A stretch of DNA of 63,730 bases, counting the filler, from Sluysia triapertura (Eukaryota), in assembly GCA_046118255.1 (NCBI GenBank). It is 5 parts of 5 records of this genome, joined end to end, with 100 filler letters (N's around TTAATTAATTAA, not from the genome) between each part and the next. Parts side by side here need not be neighbours in the genome. Positions count along the whole stretch, not along the records: positions 1 to 12,021 come from JBJNIA010146943.1; 4 more parts are not named here. The stretch is one strand, 5' to 3'. The notes beneath the pieces are model-generated. The model searched no databases, was not told the DNA's origin, and was given only the letters and a program-made list of their open reading frames with translations. Made by a program: the position numbers and the translations under genes. Shown here one piece after another: positions 1 to 12,121 of this stretch. Each line of letters begins with the position of its first letter. The stretch's first letter is position 1.

Positions 1-777
1 TATTGAAATCAAATTATAAACTACTAAAAAATATTATTTTTACTAATTCGGATCCGAGTTACGTCATTAATTATATAGAATGTGATAGTTTGAACGATAA
101 GGCATTTTATAGACGAACTCCATATTATTTTAAAATTGTATTATTACTGCAACCTGAAGATAAAGCTGCGAGGTTCACGCTTAGAAAATCAATTCCGCGA
201 AGTGTTTTTAAATCAAGATTCGATTGTATTTTGTCAGAGTATGCACTTTCGTTAGTCGTTTTAAATTATTTCAAATTTTTTAATGTTATTCAATTTTTAT
301 CAAACATTGAATTGTATGTCAAAATGAACTCTAGAATATATGATCCCTTAGATATAATATTTTATGTTTGCACTAAAAATTTGATTAAATATATCAATCT
401 TCGTTCTTATTTCAAGTTTATTTCTTTTAGTAATAGTAATTTTCGAAATAACAATAATTCTAAAGACCCTAAGTCTTATTTTTCATTCAAGTTAATTGTA
501 AATTTAAGCCCTAAATCAATTATTATCATACTTCGACCATCACAATTTCTACCAGAATCCCTGTTTTCTTAAATTGTCAATTTCTTTTCTTTCTTTAATG
601 TTGAACTGATACCTAACCAATTATAAAATATAAATAATTAATTAACTATTTAACTATTATTTGATAAAATTATTGCAAATTTAATTAATTTCAAATTAGA
701 TATGTTTAATGTTTTAAATCATGAAAAATGATTTAAATTATTGCAAAAATTTGTATAATATTAAGTGTATTATTTAG

Positions 778-1248
778 CTTTACGTCTACGATAGCAGATT
801 AACCAGTGGTGTTTCTCATAATTCACAGGCTGCACAAGAAATTCAAACTGATGATGCTAACAAAAATGTCATAGTTATGACTGAACCCAAACCTATAACA
901 AATAATAATAACAACAATAATAATGGCAATAACTATAAACAATCTTCAAAATTAAATAATACAATAACAAAAATAAAATATTATGTAGATGCACAACCGA
1001 AAGCAATTAATGATGAAATTTTAATATCTAAATATGATTATTCGTTATTTCACTTTTTCTTGGCATTTGGTTCTATATATATGATGATGATTATAACGAA
1101 TTACTTCACATTAGAAACACAATTTAATAGGTTATATGTGTCGGTGTACAATTTTTGGATCAAAATTAGTATTGTTTGGTTATGTGGTTTTCTTTACATA
1201 TGGACGTTAGTGGCACCGTTAATATTTCCAGATCGTGATTTTACTTAA
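778..1248 (+). CDS. SERINC: Serine incorporator (SERINC/TMS1 family), terminal coding exon
   Basis: C-terminus YSLFHFFLAFGSIYMMMIITNY...WIKISIVWLCGFLYIWTLVAPLIFPDRDFT* matches the SERINC signature (YSFFH..LASLY.MMTLTNW...WVK....W....LY.WTLVAP.....RDF). The frame is open from the acceptor tatttag| at 777. Upstream exons were not found in the window. Confidence 0.9.
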   Translation, partial: LYVYDSRLTSGVSHNSQAAQEIQTDDANKNVIVMTEPKPITNNNNNNNNGNNYKQSSKLNNTITKIKYYVDAQPKAINDEILISKYDYSLFHFFLAFGSIYMMMIITNYFTLETQFNRLYVSVYNFWIKISIVWLCGFLYIWTLVAPLIFPDRDFT

Positions 1249-2361
1249 ATGAACCTACTTTAAAATATTTCTTTTCAATTTACACTATTTATTTGGTTTT
1301 ATTGTATTAATTTGACATGAAAAAATGAATCCACTTAAGTATGCAAATAAAAAATAAAATATAATTTTAGAAAATTGATATTATTAAAAATATGTCGCAA
1401 AAAGTTATTTAATGTAAAAAAATAATGAAATAATTAATCGAAATATATTAAATAATCAAGGTACTAAAATGAATATCGTTCAAGTAACGTATATATATGT
1501 TCATTATTTAGAGTTTTAATTCATGTTAAATTTAAAATTGATTTTCAACTATTTAATTACCAAATATTAAAGCATCTTTTTAGTTTAATTCATTTTAATT
1601 TTAATTTTTGCAAAATATTAGAGAACCAAGAAAGAATTTAACAATTAAATATTCTTACAAGAAACCAGAACTACTTGAGTTCAAACAATCCTACATACTT
1701 CTTTTACATATCAAATGTTGAAAATAAAAACCTATATTTTTCTACTTTGATTAAATAAAACAATTTTAAGGCTACAAATATATATTGAAATTATTATGGA
1801 AATTTCACATACAACACAATTTTGTAGTGTTACATCTTTGCAATTAATATTTCGTTATCATAAACATCCCAATTATTTCTCCATATTTATTTTACATGTA
1901 TATCGTAAAATCGGATTTATTTCTCACTAAAAGATATATTAAATGATTAAAACTTTAATTTTTATTGTTAATCTTTTGAATTTAATTCTTTAAATATTTA
2001 TCAACTCATTCCAAATAGGTTATCTAGATCACTTCATGTTATCAATGTATAATGCGTCACTAATGATGATTTAGTTTAAATATTACAATTATTATACATA
2101 CACATTTTTGTTAATAGGAATAATATAATTCGATCTTCGTTTTTTGAACTGTGATAACGATGTAACATTTGGAGCACTGAGTTTTTAACAAAAGAGAACA
2201 ATTAAATTCAGTGTTACAAAAAAAGTTATTTGAATTGATACAAAACACAACAATTACAGAGTAATTGTATATCATTTAATCGATCCTGTATGATAGTATG
2301 CTTTTTAAATTTATTTTGTTTTGCTTATTTGTATTACTGCATCAGTTTTTGAATATTTCAA

Positions 2362-2496
2362 NNNNNNNNNNNNNNNNNNNNNNNNNNNNNNNNNNNNNNN
2401 NNNNNNNNNNNNNNNNNNNNNNNNNNNNNNNNNNNNNNNNNNNNNNNNNNNNNNNNNNNNNNNNNNNNNNNNNNNNNNNNNNNNNNNNNNNNNNNN
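2362..2496. other. Assembly gap (135 N)
   Basis: Run of N within piece A. Confidence 0.99.
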
Positions 2497-3121
2497 CTTA
2501 TATTTAACACAATCGAGTTTCAGTTTATTAAAAGCACAAAGATATTTGGAGTGGAAAAGGATATTGATGCGGTCCTCTTCAAAAGTGTTAATCTACAATC
2601 ATAAATAATTAATAGTTGAAATCAGTGAGTTCTTCTATGATGTGAGCAACCATCCAGAATAAGTAATTATAAAACTAAGAATGACCACTCATATTTGAAT
2701 AAGCTATTGATGGTGTAATTAATCATATATTAATTAAGTTTTAACATCACCTTCGTTTATCATAAACTTGTATAGATAAATATTAATGCTAATGACGCAA
2801 TCAATAATATGTTATTGAGAGAAATACAAGAATTGAGGAAACTTGACAGGTTGTGTTTAAAATATAAGAAAATATATAAATAAATAATAATCATTTAATG
2901 TTATATACATTTAAAATTTATTTTTCCATTCTTATAAATTAAGTTAGAATTATTTATAAGAACCTATTATAACATTTGTTTAAAAATTATATTGAAAAAA
3001 ATAATTTCTATTGTTATTTTAATTATATTTCAACAAATGATACATGCAATTTAATATTTATTGAAATTACTACAAGTTTTTTTGTCATAATTAGAATTAT
3101 TTATAAACGAAAAAATATAAG

Positions 3122-3901
3122 ATGCATTTATTTACTTTATTATGTTGGATATCCATAATTATAGAATTAATATGGACATATCAAGATACCATATTTGAAT
3201 GTTGTTTAAATGCTTTTTTGAATAAAAAAGATACTTTCACTTACATAAATGACCAATGTTTTACTATGTCAGGATCAAATATAAATGTAGAATCAAATCC
3301 TGCAATGTATACTGGTAATAACAGACAATTATTATTTAGAATTGTTGCAGGTAGTGGAATAATTCCATTAAATTTATATCAACAAAATTTACGAATGAAT
3401 TTTAAAGATGATAAAGGCAATTTCAAAAGTATCCTTTTTGATTTGTGGAATAATGTGAAACCGAAAATGATAATATTAGAAGCTAAGAATGATAGTGGAA
3501 TTGTATTGGTAAATATGACTTTTAATATTAATTCAAATGATGCAATATTAACATGGTTTAATTTGAATAATTTGGTATCTGTTTTTCCATATGACATTAC
3601 TAAAATGAAAAGTCAAAATTATAATTACTTTGGTATCATTGGAGCTATTGAAAATATATTAACGATTAGATATTCACGAATATTTTACATTGATAATATT
3701 TTTGGCACCTGTGAAATAAATACTGGATATTTCGCAATATTACAAATGATTGACTATTGCTACTACTTTCCTCGCCATACAATACCAAGTATTGTTTATA
3801 CTCCTGTTGCTGGTAGTAATAAATGGATTGATGGTTATAAAACAGCACAATATTTTGAACTAACTGGAATTTATGAAGATAATATTTTTATATCACCATA
3901 A
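3122..3901 (+). CDS. Intronless putative secreted protein, 259 aa, uncharacterised Cys/aromatic-rich domain
   Basis: ATG-to-TAA ORF of 780 nt in very AT-rich DNA. Hydrophobic N-terminus (MHLFTLLCWISIIIELIWT) looks like a signal peptide, there is no other TM segment, and the composition is globular with 6 Cys in the predicted mature part. Confidence 0.8.
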   Translation: MHLFTLLCWISIIIELIWTYQDTIFECCLNAFLNKKDTFTYINDQCFTMSGSNINVESNPAMYTGNNRQLLFRIVAGSGIIPLNLYQQNLRMNFKDDKGNFKSILFDLWNNVKPKMIILEAKNDSGIVLVNMTFNINSNDAILTWFNLNNLVSVFPYDITKMKSQNYNYFGIIGAIENILTIRYSRIFYIDNIFGTCEINTGYFAILQMIDYCYYFPRHTIPSIVYTPVAGSNKWIDGYKTAQYFELTGIYEDNIFISP

Positions 3902-5598
3902 CATGGTGTATTAATGTTTAATTTAACTATTTAGTTAAAGTTGTGTTTATCTTTGTTCTTATTGTTATATATTTGAAATGACACACTTTGAAGAAATATA
4001 TTAAACATTGTTAAAATCATTCTTTAAAAATTACTCAGTTGAGTAAATAGTAATTAACCTTTGCTCGATGTTTATCACTCTTAAAATTTGTCTTATCATT
4101 GGTTTGTTGTCTCTTTTAAATTAGATTAATAACACTAATAAAGTTAATTTTATCCGAAGTCTTAATAAATGTAATAATTAGTTTTTACTTTAATGATAAT
4201 ACAAATTATATATATAACTACCTTATTAATTCTCTATGAATAACTAATTTACTGCAACCTAATACTAAATTTAAAATTTTGTAAGATTAAAAAGATTCTA
4301 AATCAGTTATATCTTATATTTTAGTTAAAGGAAAACTACACAAATAATGGTTTATAGGTTAGCACAACAAACCAAGGATGACTAACGAAAAAAACAACCA
4401 AGATAAAACCGACAAGGGAATCTCCTCAATTTAATTAAATCTCTTTCCAAAAAATAACAACTGAAGAAATCCATTAAAAATTATCTTAACTAAAATAGTA
4501 GGGTATTCTTCAGAAATAAAAATATTATAAACTTCCAAAAAATAAAAATCAAAACGTTACCATATGCATGGAACTTCTTATGTCTTTTCGGATTATTTTC
4601 TTCTAACTTAAACTTCCTAAGTATTCCTTTTTATACTTTTTCATTGTGATGTTGCAGCCATCATCAACAATAATTTTATTATCACTTATATACATATAAA
4701 TTATTCATAAAACACATTTTGTACGTCACTAGCTAAGTACATTCAGTGGAAATTAAGATCTTTGAGGTAACCAACTTATTTCCTCAATAAACAGTTTATA
4801 AAAATTACACCCAAAATCAACATAAAATAACACTAAACCAGATCAACATATCGTACATAAAACCATACTTATAAACATTTGAATACTTCCATATCCATCT
4901 CTTTTACATTCACTCAAAATATCCTTTTTACATAGGTGTTACTCAACACAACTTTTATCCCCAAAATCTACAACCTTATAACACATAAACTACGGTGACA
5001 TTCAATAACATCAAATTACAGTTAAAAATTCATTCAAAATATTTTATTTTTCAATCTTTAACAATTCAAGCACAATCATTCGAAATTAATCAATATACAT
5101 TTTCAAAACAATCCAAATATTCTAAATTCATGATCAACATCATTTAATCCTCTACAACACATAACGACATTACTACATAAACAATTCAATTTATATTACA
5201 TTTCAACATCAATCAATCACTTCTTGAACATATTAAAAGTTATTTTCTTCACATTTACCAAACTATATCCTTTTACCATATTAATAACTCAAGATCTACT
5301 AACATTTTCAGCTAGGCTGAATAAACTATAATTTACACTAAAACGCGTATGAATCTTTTTAAGGCATTGATATCACAAGTTCACAGTTCTGTAGACTTCA
5401 TCCTTTTAAATCTAATATGTTTAGAAGGTGAAGATTTTAAAGACAGATCATGTTTCAGGAAAAGACAAATAAATTTATGCGTTTAGGTTGATAATAATGA
5501 TAATAATAATACTCTTCTTGTTATTTTTATTATTATCACCACTTTTAATTTAATTTTATTTATTTTATTAACGAAGTACATAATCAACTAAGTAACTT

Positions 5599-5771
5599 CC
5601 ATCATCAGCAGTGAAATTTAGTTTCATGTCATAATTTCATGTCACTGTTGATGATGGTTGTCATTACAGTGTGAATCCACTCTTTATTTTTCTGTTAATT
5701 TGTATTGGTCATCGAACCAAAACAAGAAATGCTAATATTTGCATCAAAACATTTCTGGTTGGATGACCAGT
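5599..5771. repeat. Two adjacent inverted-repeat hairpins (MITE-like or pre-miRNA-like)
   Basis: Arms 5599-5614 and 5642-5657 form 16 bp with one G-U. Arms 5704-5731 and 5750-5771 form about 21 bp with one mismatch and a short bulge. Confidence 0.7.
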
Positions 5772-5933
5772 CAATTATTACCATTTGATCATCAAAATTT
5801 TATCCTATTAATTTCCAAAGTAACCAATCAAGTTACACGTTAAAAATTTTCAGCAACAATTAAAATTTGTATAAAATTTCTAACACAGTTTGGTAGCATT
5901 TACAAATTCAGCAATTACAAAGTTGAGTTTAAC

Positions 5934-6346
5934 ATGATCGACAATAGTAAAGACGTACGTGTTCTAGTTATGATTATTCATGATGATCAACATAAAGCTA
6001 ATGATGATAAATATAAAGATTATACATATGCAACTATGAAGATAAGTCTAATTTGATCTACAATAGTAAAGACAACAATATTTCAGCTATAATTACTAGA
6101 GATAATCAAAATAAAGCCGATGAAGATGATTATTACGATTACAAAATATCTAATAATAAAGTTATTAATGTCGAAGTCGAGCATTATGATTCTTACAATT
6201 GTAATCCTAATGATGATAAAGATAACAATGCTGGTTGCGAATTTATGCAAATAAGGAGAAGAGAATATATTGATGGTAAAGCCAACAAAGAAGAAGAACA
6301 CGATGTCTTCTTTAGCTACCTTAAAGACAAATTTCATAAACTTTAA
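5934..6346 (+). pseudogene. Decayed Asp/Asn-rich coding repeat ending in a BESS-like motif
   Basis: Units at 5934 (MIDNSKD...DDQHKANDD) and 6053 (IYNSKD...DNQNKADED) lie 119 nt apart, so they are out of frame. The ORF ends EEEHDVFFSYLKDKFHKL, resembling a BESS motif. Confidence 0.3.
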
Positions 6347-7979
6347 CGTTACAAAGTTAATATTTTTAGTATTCATAAAAATAATATGTCTTCAAACCTT
6401 ATTTTAATTTAAATTTAATTAATTTTTTTAACGATAAAATTTTTTTAACGATGCTATTAATAAAGTTAACGTAAGAATTACGAAATGTATAATGCGGACG
6501 ATGAGTATTTTAGTAATGACTCTCGACATAGAGGTCATGGCCATGACTATTATAAGTCAAATAGAAGAAATTTTAGTTACATAACTGTTATGTGTCCAGC
6601 TCTTACTGTTTATCTCGTGGTTTACAATGCATATACATTCATTCTATTCATGAGTTTAAGTTCAGTGAACAATATAGATCATCTTACTATTTGCACTTAC
6701 AACGAATTTCATAGTTGTTGAATAAGATTCCAGTAATTTCCAGCATTTCAGACGTCAACCACAATGTAAGTAATATCTATCTATATTCTTTATGTGTTAA
6801 CAATTATTATTACTGTTATTTTTTATTTATAGGTGAAATATCTACAAGAAGTATTGTACGTAGAAGTGAAGTATAAAAATTAAATCTTTTAAAAAATAAA
6901 TTTTTATGTATTTATTTTCAATCCTTTTCAATAAGAAGTGTAGCAATTGCTTTAAAATTAATAACTACGAGTCAAAAGAAAACAATAAAACTTGATTTAA
7001 TATTTCATAAAAGTAATTATAAATTAATTTTAAATTCTAAAAACGTTTATAACGCAAAAACTATAATAATCTTTAAAACAACATAACAATCTTTATAATA
7101 AAATCATTAATATTATAACTATAATAATCAATTTTATTAATGTTAAATATAAATTTTATCATTATCGTAATTCTCGTCTTCATAAATATCATTACCGGGA
7201 GTCTTACCAAGACTTAGAACATTTTTCGCGAATGATATTGTTTTTTAGAATTAAGAAATGGTTATGTAAGGCTTTCTTCTTTCTTTTATAGTCTACTTTT
7301 TCAATCTACTTATTCCGGGTTCGTTAAGAGATTTTCGCGTTTAATGAAAGAGATAAGCTCTGCAGTCCCTCAATAAAGGCAGAGTTTCTTTTATCGCATG
7401 CTTGTAGTATATATTCAAATCCCATGTATACACTCACTATTTCAATTTTTAGTGCTATACATTGATGGTGTCTTTATCATGCTTAATGTAAGAAAATTTG
7501 TAGTTTGCTAATTCAGATTTTCAAAAGAGATTATTAATAATCATTTGAGGTTTTATTTTGATAGTACATTTCTATCCTAATCTTTTTCTCAATATCGAAA
7601 ATGCAGTTTGAGTTACTATAAATAACATTTTTTCTCTGCATTAAGTAAAGAATTAAGATGGACCTATTGAAATACTTTCATATCCGTTTTGAGCCTAATC
7701 ATTTTGGCTCCTATACTTATGAAAAAGTATACAACGTTTTGCAATATGCTTATGTTTCTATCTTCCCAACAAATATGTTTACTAGGCTGTCAGATATGAT
7801 ATATTTGTTATTGTGAATGTTCGAAGATGATTCTGTCAATAAATTTAATATAGTATTACATATTTTAAATTCATGAAGTACACGAATAAGCAAAAATCAA
7901 AACCTGTCTGGATGTTTTAAAGAATAACACCTAGATCAAACTTTTAAGTAAGACCAATACATAATTTAACCCCAAATTT

Positions 7980-10190
7980 CATGCGCAGGCATTAAGTCAT
8001 AATAAAACCATGATACTAAACAAAATATACACCTCTCATTATAATGTGAAACAGATTGAAAACTCAAATAAACTGTCAACAAAAATCAATTATCGTTCCA
8101 GTCACAATGAAAACAACAATAATTCAAATTAAGGAAAAGAAATACAATCATGACGAAGAAAATACAACTTTAAAAAGTATAAAAATCTTAAAATCTGGTA
8201 GAAACTTCAATCTTTCATTCAAAGAATGGATTCGCCATGATTGATTAGCCACAATACCATTTAAGCCAAAAACAGCATTACACTAAATAAACTCGGGAAC
8301 TACGTCCCTATAGATCGCGAGGGTGACAATTGCTATAACGCCATCACAAATCAAATTAAATGCTGATTAAAAATACGTTCTCATGGTTGAACGGAGAAGC
8401 ATAACTTTCTGTTGCACTCCTTACAGGAAATTATTGCTTTCCTAAATCACAAAAAGGCTAGGAAGATTGACCTATATGTTATAATACTTGAATTAAACCA
8501 ATGCTTTGCTTCTAACCCTCACCAACCGATCTGGCATACTCTATCACTTAATCTTTTTAGGGACCTCTATGAGGATAGTAGCACATGTAACAAATCTCTC
8601 ACTACTGATCCTGTTCCAATTGCTCTATTTCAATTTTTTCTGTTTGGCCATTGATTACTTATTTCATAAGTTCATCTCCACGGAAGATTACATCTCAATT
8701 AGTTGAATATCATTTCACCCTATCTTGCCTATGCAGATGATTTTGCACTTATTGCTTTTTCGCATAAACATCTGTGGCTGATATTCAACTACATGATCTT
8801 CCGCCATAGTAAATATTTCAATTTTCACAATATCCCTGAAACGACGGATCTTTCAGTCTTCATCAGTGGTATCCAAATAGTAAATATGAAGGATGGTGAA
8901 AATGCTATCTATCTAGAGGTTCCAAAAACAAAATCTCAATGACCTAATAATGGCCCAAATATCAAAGACTCTAGTTTAAGTTGCAGAACAAATTTCTTAT
9001 GTTTCGCAACTTTATTCAATCGCGCCTTCCATTTCACTTGCGGAATCTAAAGATTAATACTTGAACCCTTTGTAGCCTTCACGCACGACAATCCAAAAAC
9101 CTAACCCAATCTGTTGGATAAGATGAAAAAGTAAACCATCTATTCAAGGGCTTCCTAGGATAGTAAAGCTTACCTTTAAACAATTCTTTCTTTTATGCCC
9201 ACAAAAATCATGTTTGTTTAAGCCTGATTTCTTATTACGATGCCATAATATAATTTGCGCCTTCCGCCTAATTAACAGTCGAACAAATCTTATTCGTATC
9301 CTTGTCTTGCATGAAATTCTTCCCGTCGCCAATGATTGATTAAATATAGTCAAGAACATTTCTGATACTCTATCTTGGCATAATGGTCTTCAAACCCGAT
9401 AAGCGTTCACGACGTCTGACGTGAAGTAACAAAATTCGACAATCTATCTTTAATTTGAGTCGAAAATACCAAATTTATGCTAGTTTCTTTTATTGTGAGA
9501 AACTAGCGACATCTTTGGTGAAAATGAAGTCATATTAAATCGGTTTCGTAAAGAGAAAGTAGGTAAATATCTTCATGAACATTTCCAATACAAACATTTG
9601 GATATCCCATAAAATCCAAAGTTGCTTTGTCGAATGCTTCATGAAATGTCTTCTATTTATCGCGCGTTTTCCTTACAAATAAACAATCAGAGTTGGATTT
9701 TTATGATTAAGGCTAGGAATAGCACTCTTAAGCTTAATTACTCTCCACAAAACATTTGATTGCATCTCCCCATTACGTGTCGCTGGTATGGCTTTGAAGG
9801 GGAAACAATTGCCCATTTATTATGTCTTTGCCCTCCAACTATCATTGGCCGTTCATTCGGACATATTCAGTCAAAATGAATACGCAAACCCCCTTACTGG
9901 TGACTATCGAAGACCTGATATACATGTGCATAGTACTAATTGTTCACAATGACATCAAGTCGCCGATTGATGATTACGAGAAATTTAAGAGAAATATTGA
10001 GAACTTTCAATATTACAAAATATTCCGATATGAGAGATAAGCTCCAAATACAACTTAAGTGCCAGGTTTCCACTGACACGTTTATAGTTGGACACTTGGT
10101 TCGTGGCATTCTGAAAATGATATCTGCAGAGGCGATATTATTGGTTTAACATCTTTAATATCTACCATATCCCACATAAATAAAATTGTT
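7980..10190 (+). mobile_element. Degenerate non-LTR retrotransposon with restriction-like endonuclease (Utopia/NeSL/R2-group-like)
   Basis: Motifs in the expected order, broken by stops and frameshifts: GNYVPI (about 8297), FASNPH, DPVP-LF, LAYADD (YADD 8730-8741), YLEVP, RNFIQSRLPFHLR, WIFMIKAR, zinc knuckle CRWYGFEGETIAHLLCLC (about 9778-9830), RRPDI (about 9910), DIKSPID, KYSD, FIVG/LGSWHSEND. Confidence 0.85.
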
Positions 10191-11014
10191 GTCTTATGTG
10201 ACTTAATTTTGGTACTTTACTCACTTAACGCGTTTGTTTATTGGGGATTTTAATCTTTAATCTTTTGTTTTTTGAAATTAAGTCTTTGAAAATAATCAAT
10301 CTATTATACAATTGATATTCATTTTCATTTCTCTTTTTCTTCTTTTAATTTTGTTTTCTATGTTTTTATTTATTTCCTCTTTGCTTTTATTTTTATTTTT
10401 CCCTTCTTTATTTTCTTATTGTAGTGTCACGCCTGCACACATCATTTTGTTGTTAAATCCAAAAATACAATTCATTTCAAACTTATTCATGAACATTTTA
10501 TCCACCCTGTAACATCATCATAACTTGCACATCTTATAAATTCATACTACTAGATTATTAACACACAAAAGTTTTATCATTTATACATTAATTATAACCG
10601 TCTTGCTCATATCGTTTTCTTTGTCTTCATTTGCAGTACCTCTCAAATTTTAATTTATTATTTGTATGCTCCTATTCTAAAACAAATATAATTGAGAATT
10701 TTAATTTTAATTTTTAAATTACAAAATTCATCTTCTGAAAAAATAAAACTTTCTTATGCCTATTACTTTATCTCGCTTTTCCGAACCAGAACTGAAGCAT
10801 ACAAACGTTGATTTTTGTATTTAATGCAAGATGGTTCTAAATTCTGATATTCTGATTATTTTTATGCATTTTTATGTATTTTTATGTATTGTTTGTTTAC
10901 GCAAATACTTTATTGTTTAAGTAATTAAAAATTTTAAAATGTTTCTTGCTAATACGTTTGATAAATATTTGTGACAACATTTAAAAGATTACAAACGATG
11001 TGGATTTAATCATT

Positions 11015-11300
11015 CAAATGGTTTTAATTCATTTAATAAAGGAGAAACAAGAATTACTGTATGGTATTACTCCAAATTTAATGATAAAAAAGATAATAGC
11101 ATTATTAGTATTATTTCTGATTATCTTAACGACCAAATTAGTCATTTTGAAGATCTAATCGTGCCTTTTTTACTTTATTTTCGAGGAAGAAAGTACTGTT
11201 GAAATATGTTTGTGGAAACAATTTGGAATTAATTTCGTAAATTGGATGAAATATTGGGACGATGTGAAGGATGATTTCCACCTTATGTCTCTATCGAAAG
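11015..11300 (+). pseudogene. Myb/SANT-like (trihelix) DNA-binding domain remnant, possibly PIF/Harbinger-derived
   Basis: From 11221 it reads IWN*FRKLDEILGRCEG*FPPYVSIE, matching the W.YF..LDEILG....PP motif that follows Myb/SANT-like domains. LIHLIKEKQELLYG lies upstream in another frame. In-frame stops are present. Confidence 0.45.
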
Positions 11301-11946
11301 GTAGTCTTTTTAATAAAATTTTATTCAATAAAATTTAATTTAATAAAATTTAAAATTTAAAGAACCAACCGAGTCAAATGAATCTCAAGTCAACGTTTTG
11401 GAAGGCGATATTTTGAATAATTACAATGATCCAGTTGAATATATAGTTGATGGAAAAATCGTTGTTGTTAGTAGCCTACTTAAAAAATGACTTTATTTTT
11501 ATTTTTTTCAAAAATTTATTTCAATTGATATGTTTGAAACATTTTTATTATGTCTACATACTCAAAGGTTCGATATATGTATTTCTTAATTGTTCTTTCT
11601 TTGGTTTTCGTAAATATAATTATAACTTAAAAGTTAACGATGAAATTGGCACAAATTATAGTTTTTTAACGATGATTATTGTTGGTGATGTATCCCAGGA
11701 CCTTAAGTCCCGTTTTCTTGTCAATTCGTTTGTTAACATAATTTTCTATTACCACGATTTAATGAATATTTTCAAACTTTCATATTTTCAAATAAGTTCT
11801 GAATTTGTAACTTATTTATACAACAATACTATAAATATTATGTTAAAAAAATAATTAACTAATAAACACAATAAATTTTTATTGTCTTTTTACTACAATG
11901 ATCATTTTCATCATTTTTCAACGGTTTTATCAATTATATTCTAAAT

Positions 11947-12021
11947 CAGTGATTCTCAGCCTTTTTTTGTTGCGGCACTATTTTAAAGATTTCAAAATTT
12001 GGCGGCACAGTTTAAAAATTA
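11947..12021 (+). mobile_element. hAT (Buster/Charlie-like) transposon terminus, truncated by end of piece A
   Basis: Begins CAGTGATTCTCAGCCTTTTTTT with subterminal GCGGCAC twice. The preceding 8 nt, TTCTAAAT, fit the nnnTAnnn Buster target preference. Confidence 0.6.
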
Positions 12022-12121
12022 NNNNNNNNNNNNNNNNNNNNNNNNNNNNNNNNNNNNNNNNNNNNTTAATTAATTAANNNNNNNNNNNNNNNNNNNNNNN
12101 NNNNNNNNNNNNNNNNNNNNN
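12022..12121. other. Artificial contig-joining spacer
   Basis: Exactly N44-TTAATTAATTAA-N44, with stops in all six frames. Confidence 0.97.

Noticed and set aside
3-572. 189-aa ORF
   Set aside because: TTG start, F/I/K/N-biased composition and no recognisable motif. It lies upstream of the SERINC terminal exon, probably in an intron.
7180-7450. Gag-like AFIEGL and a broken zinc knuckle on the minus strand
   Set aside because: Too short and decayed to support a call.
10143-10212. GGTTTAA plus AATTTTGG (SL-RNA or Sm-site-like) at the end of the RLE element
   Set aside because: It overlaps the element's own decayed C-terminal coding region, and such short motifs are expected by chance at this AT content.
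10425-10976. TGTCAC...GTGACA possible solo LTR
   Set aside because: No target-site duplication and no visible similarity to the other LTR-like copies.
12066-12077. TTAATTAATTAA palindrome recurring four times
   Set aside because: Always centred in exactly 44+44 N; it is a synthetic six-frame-stop linker.
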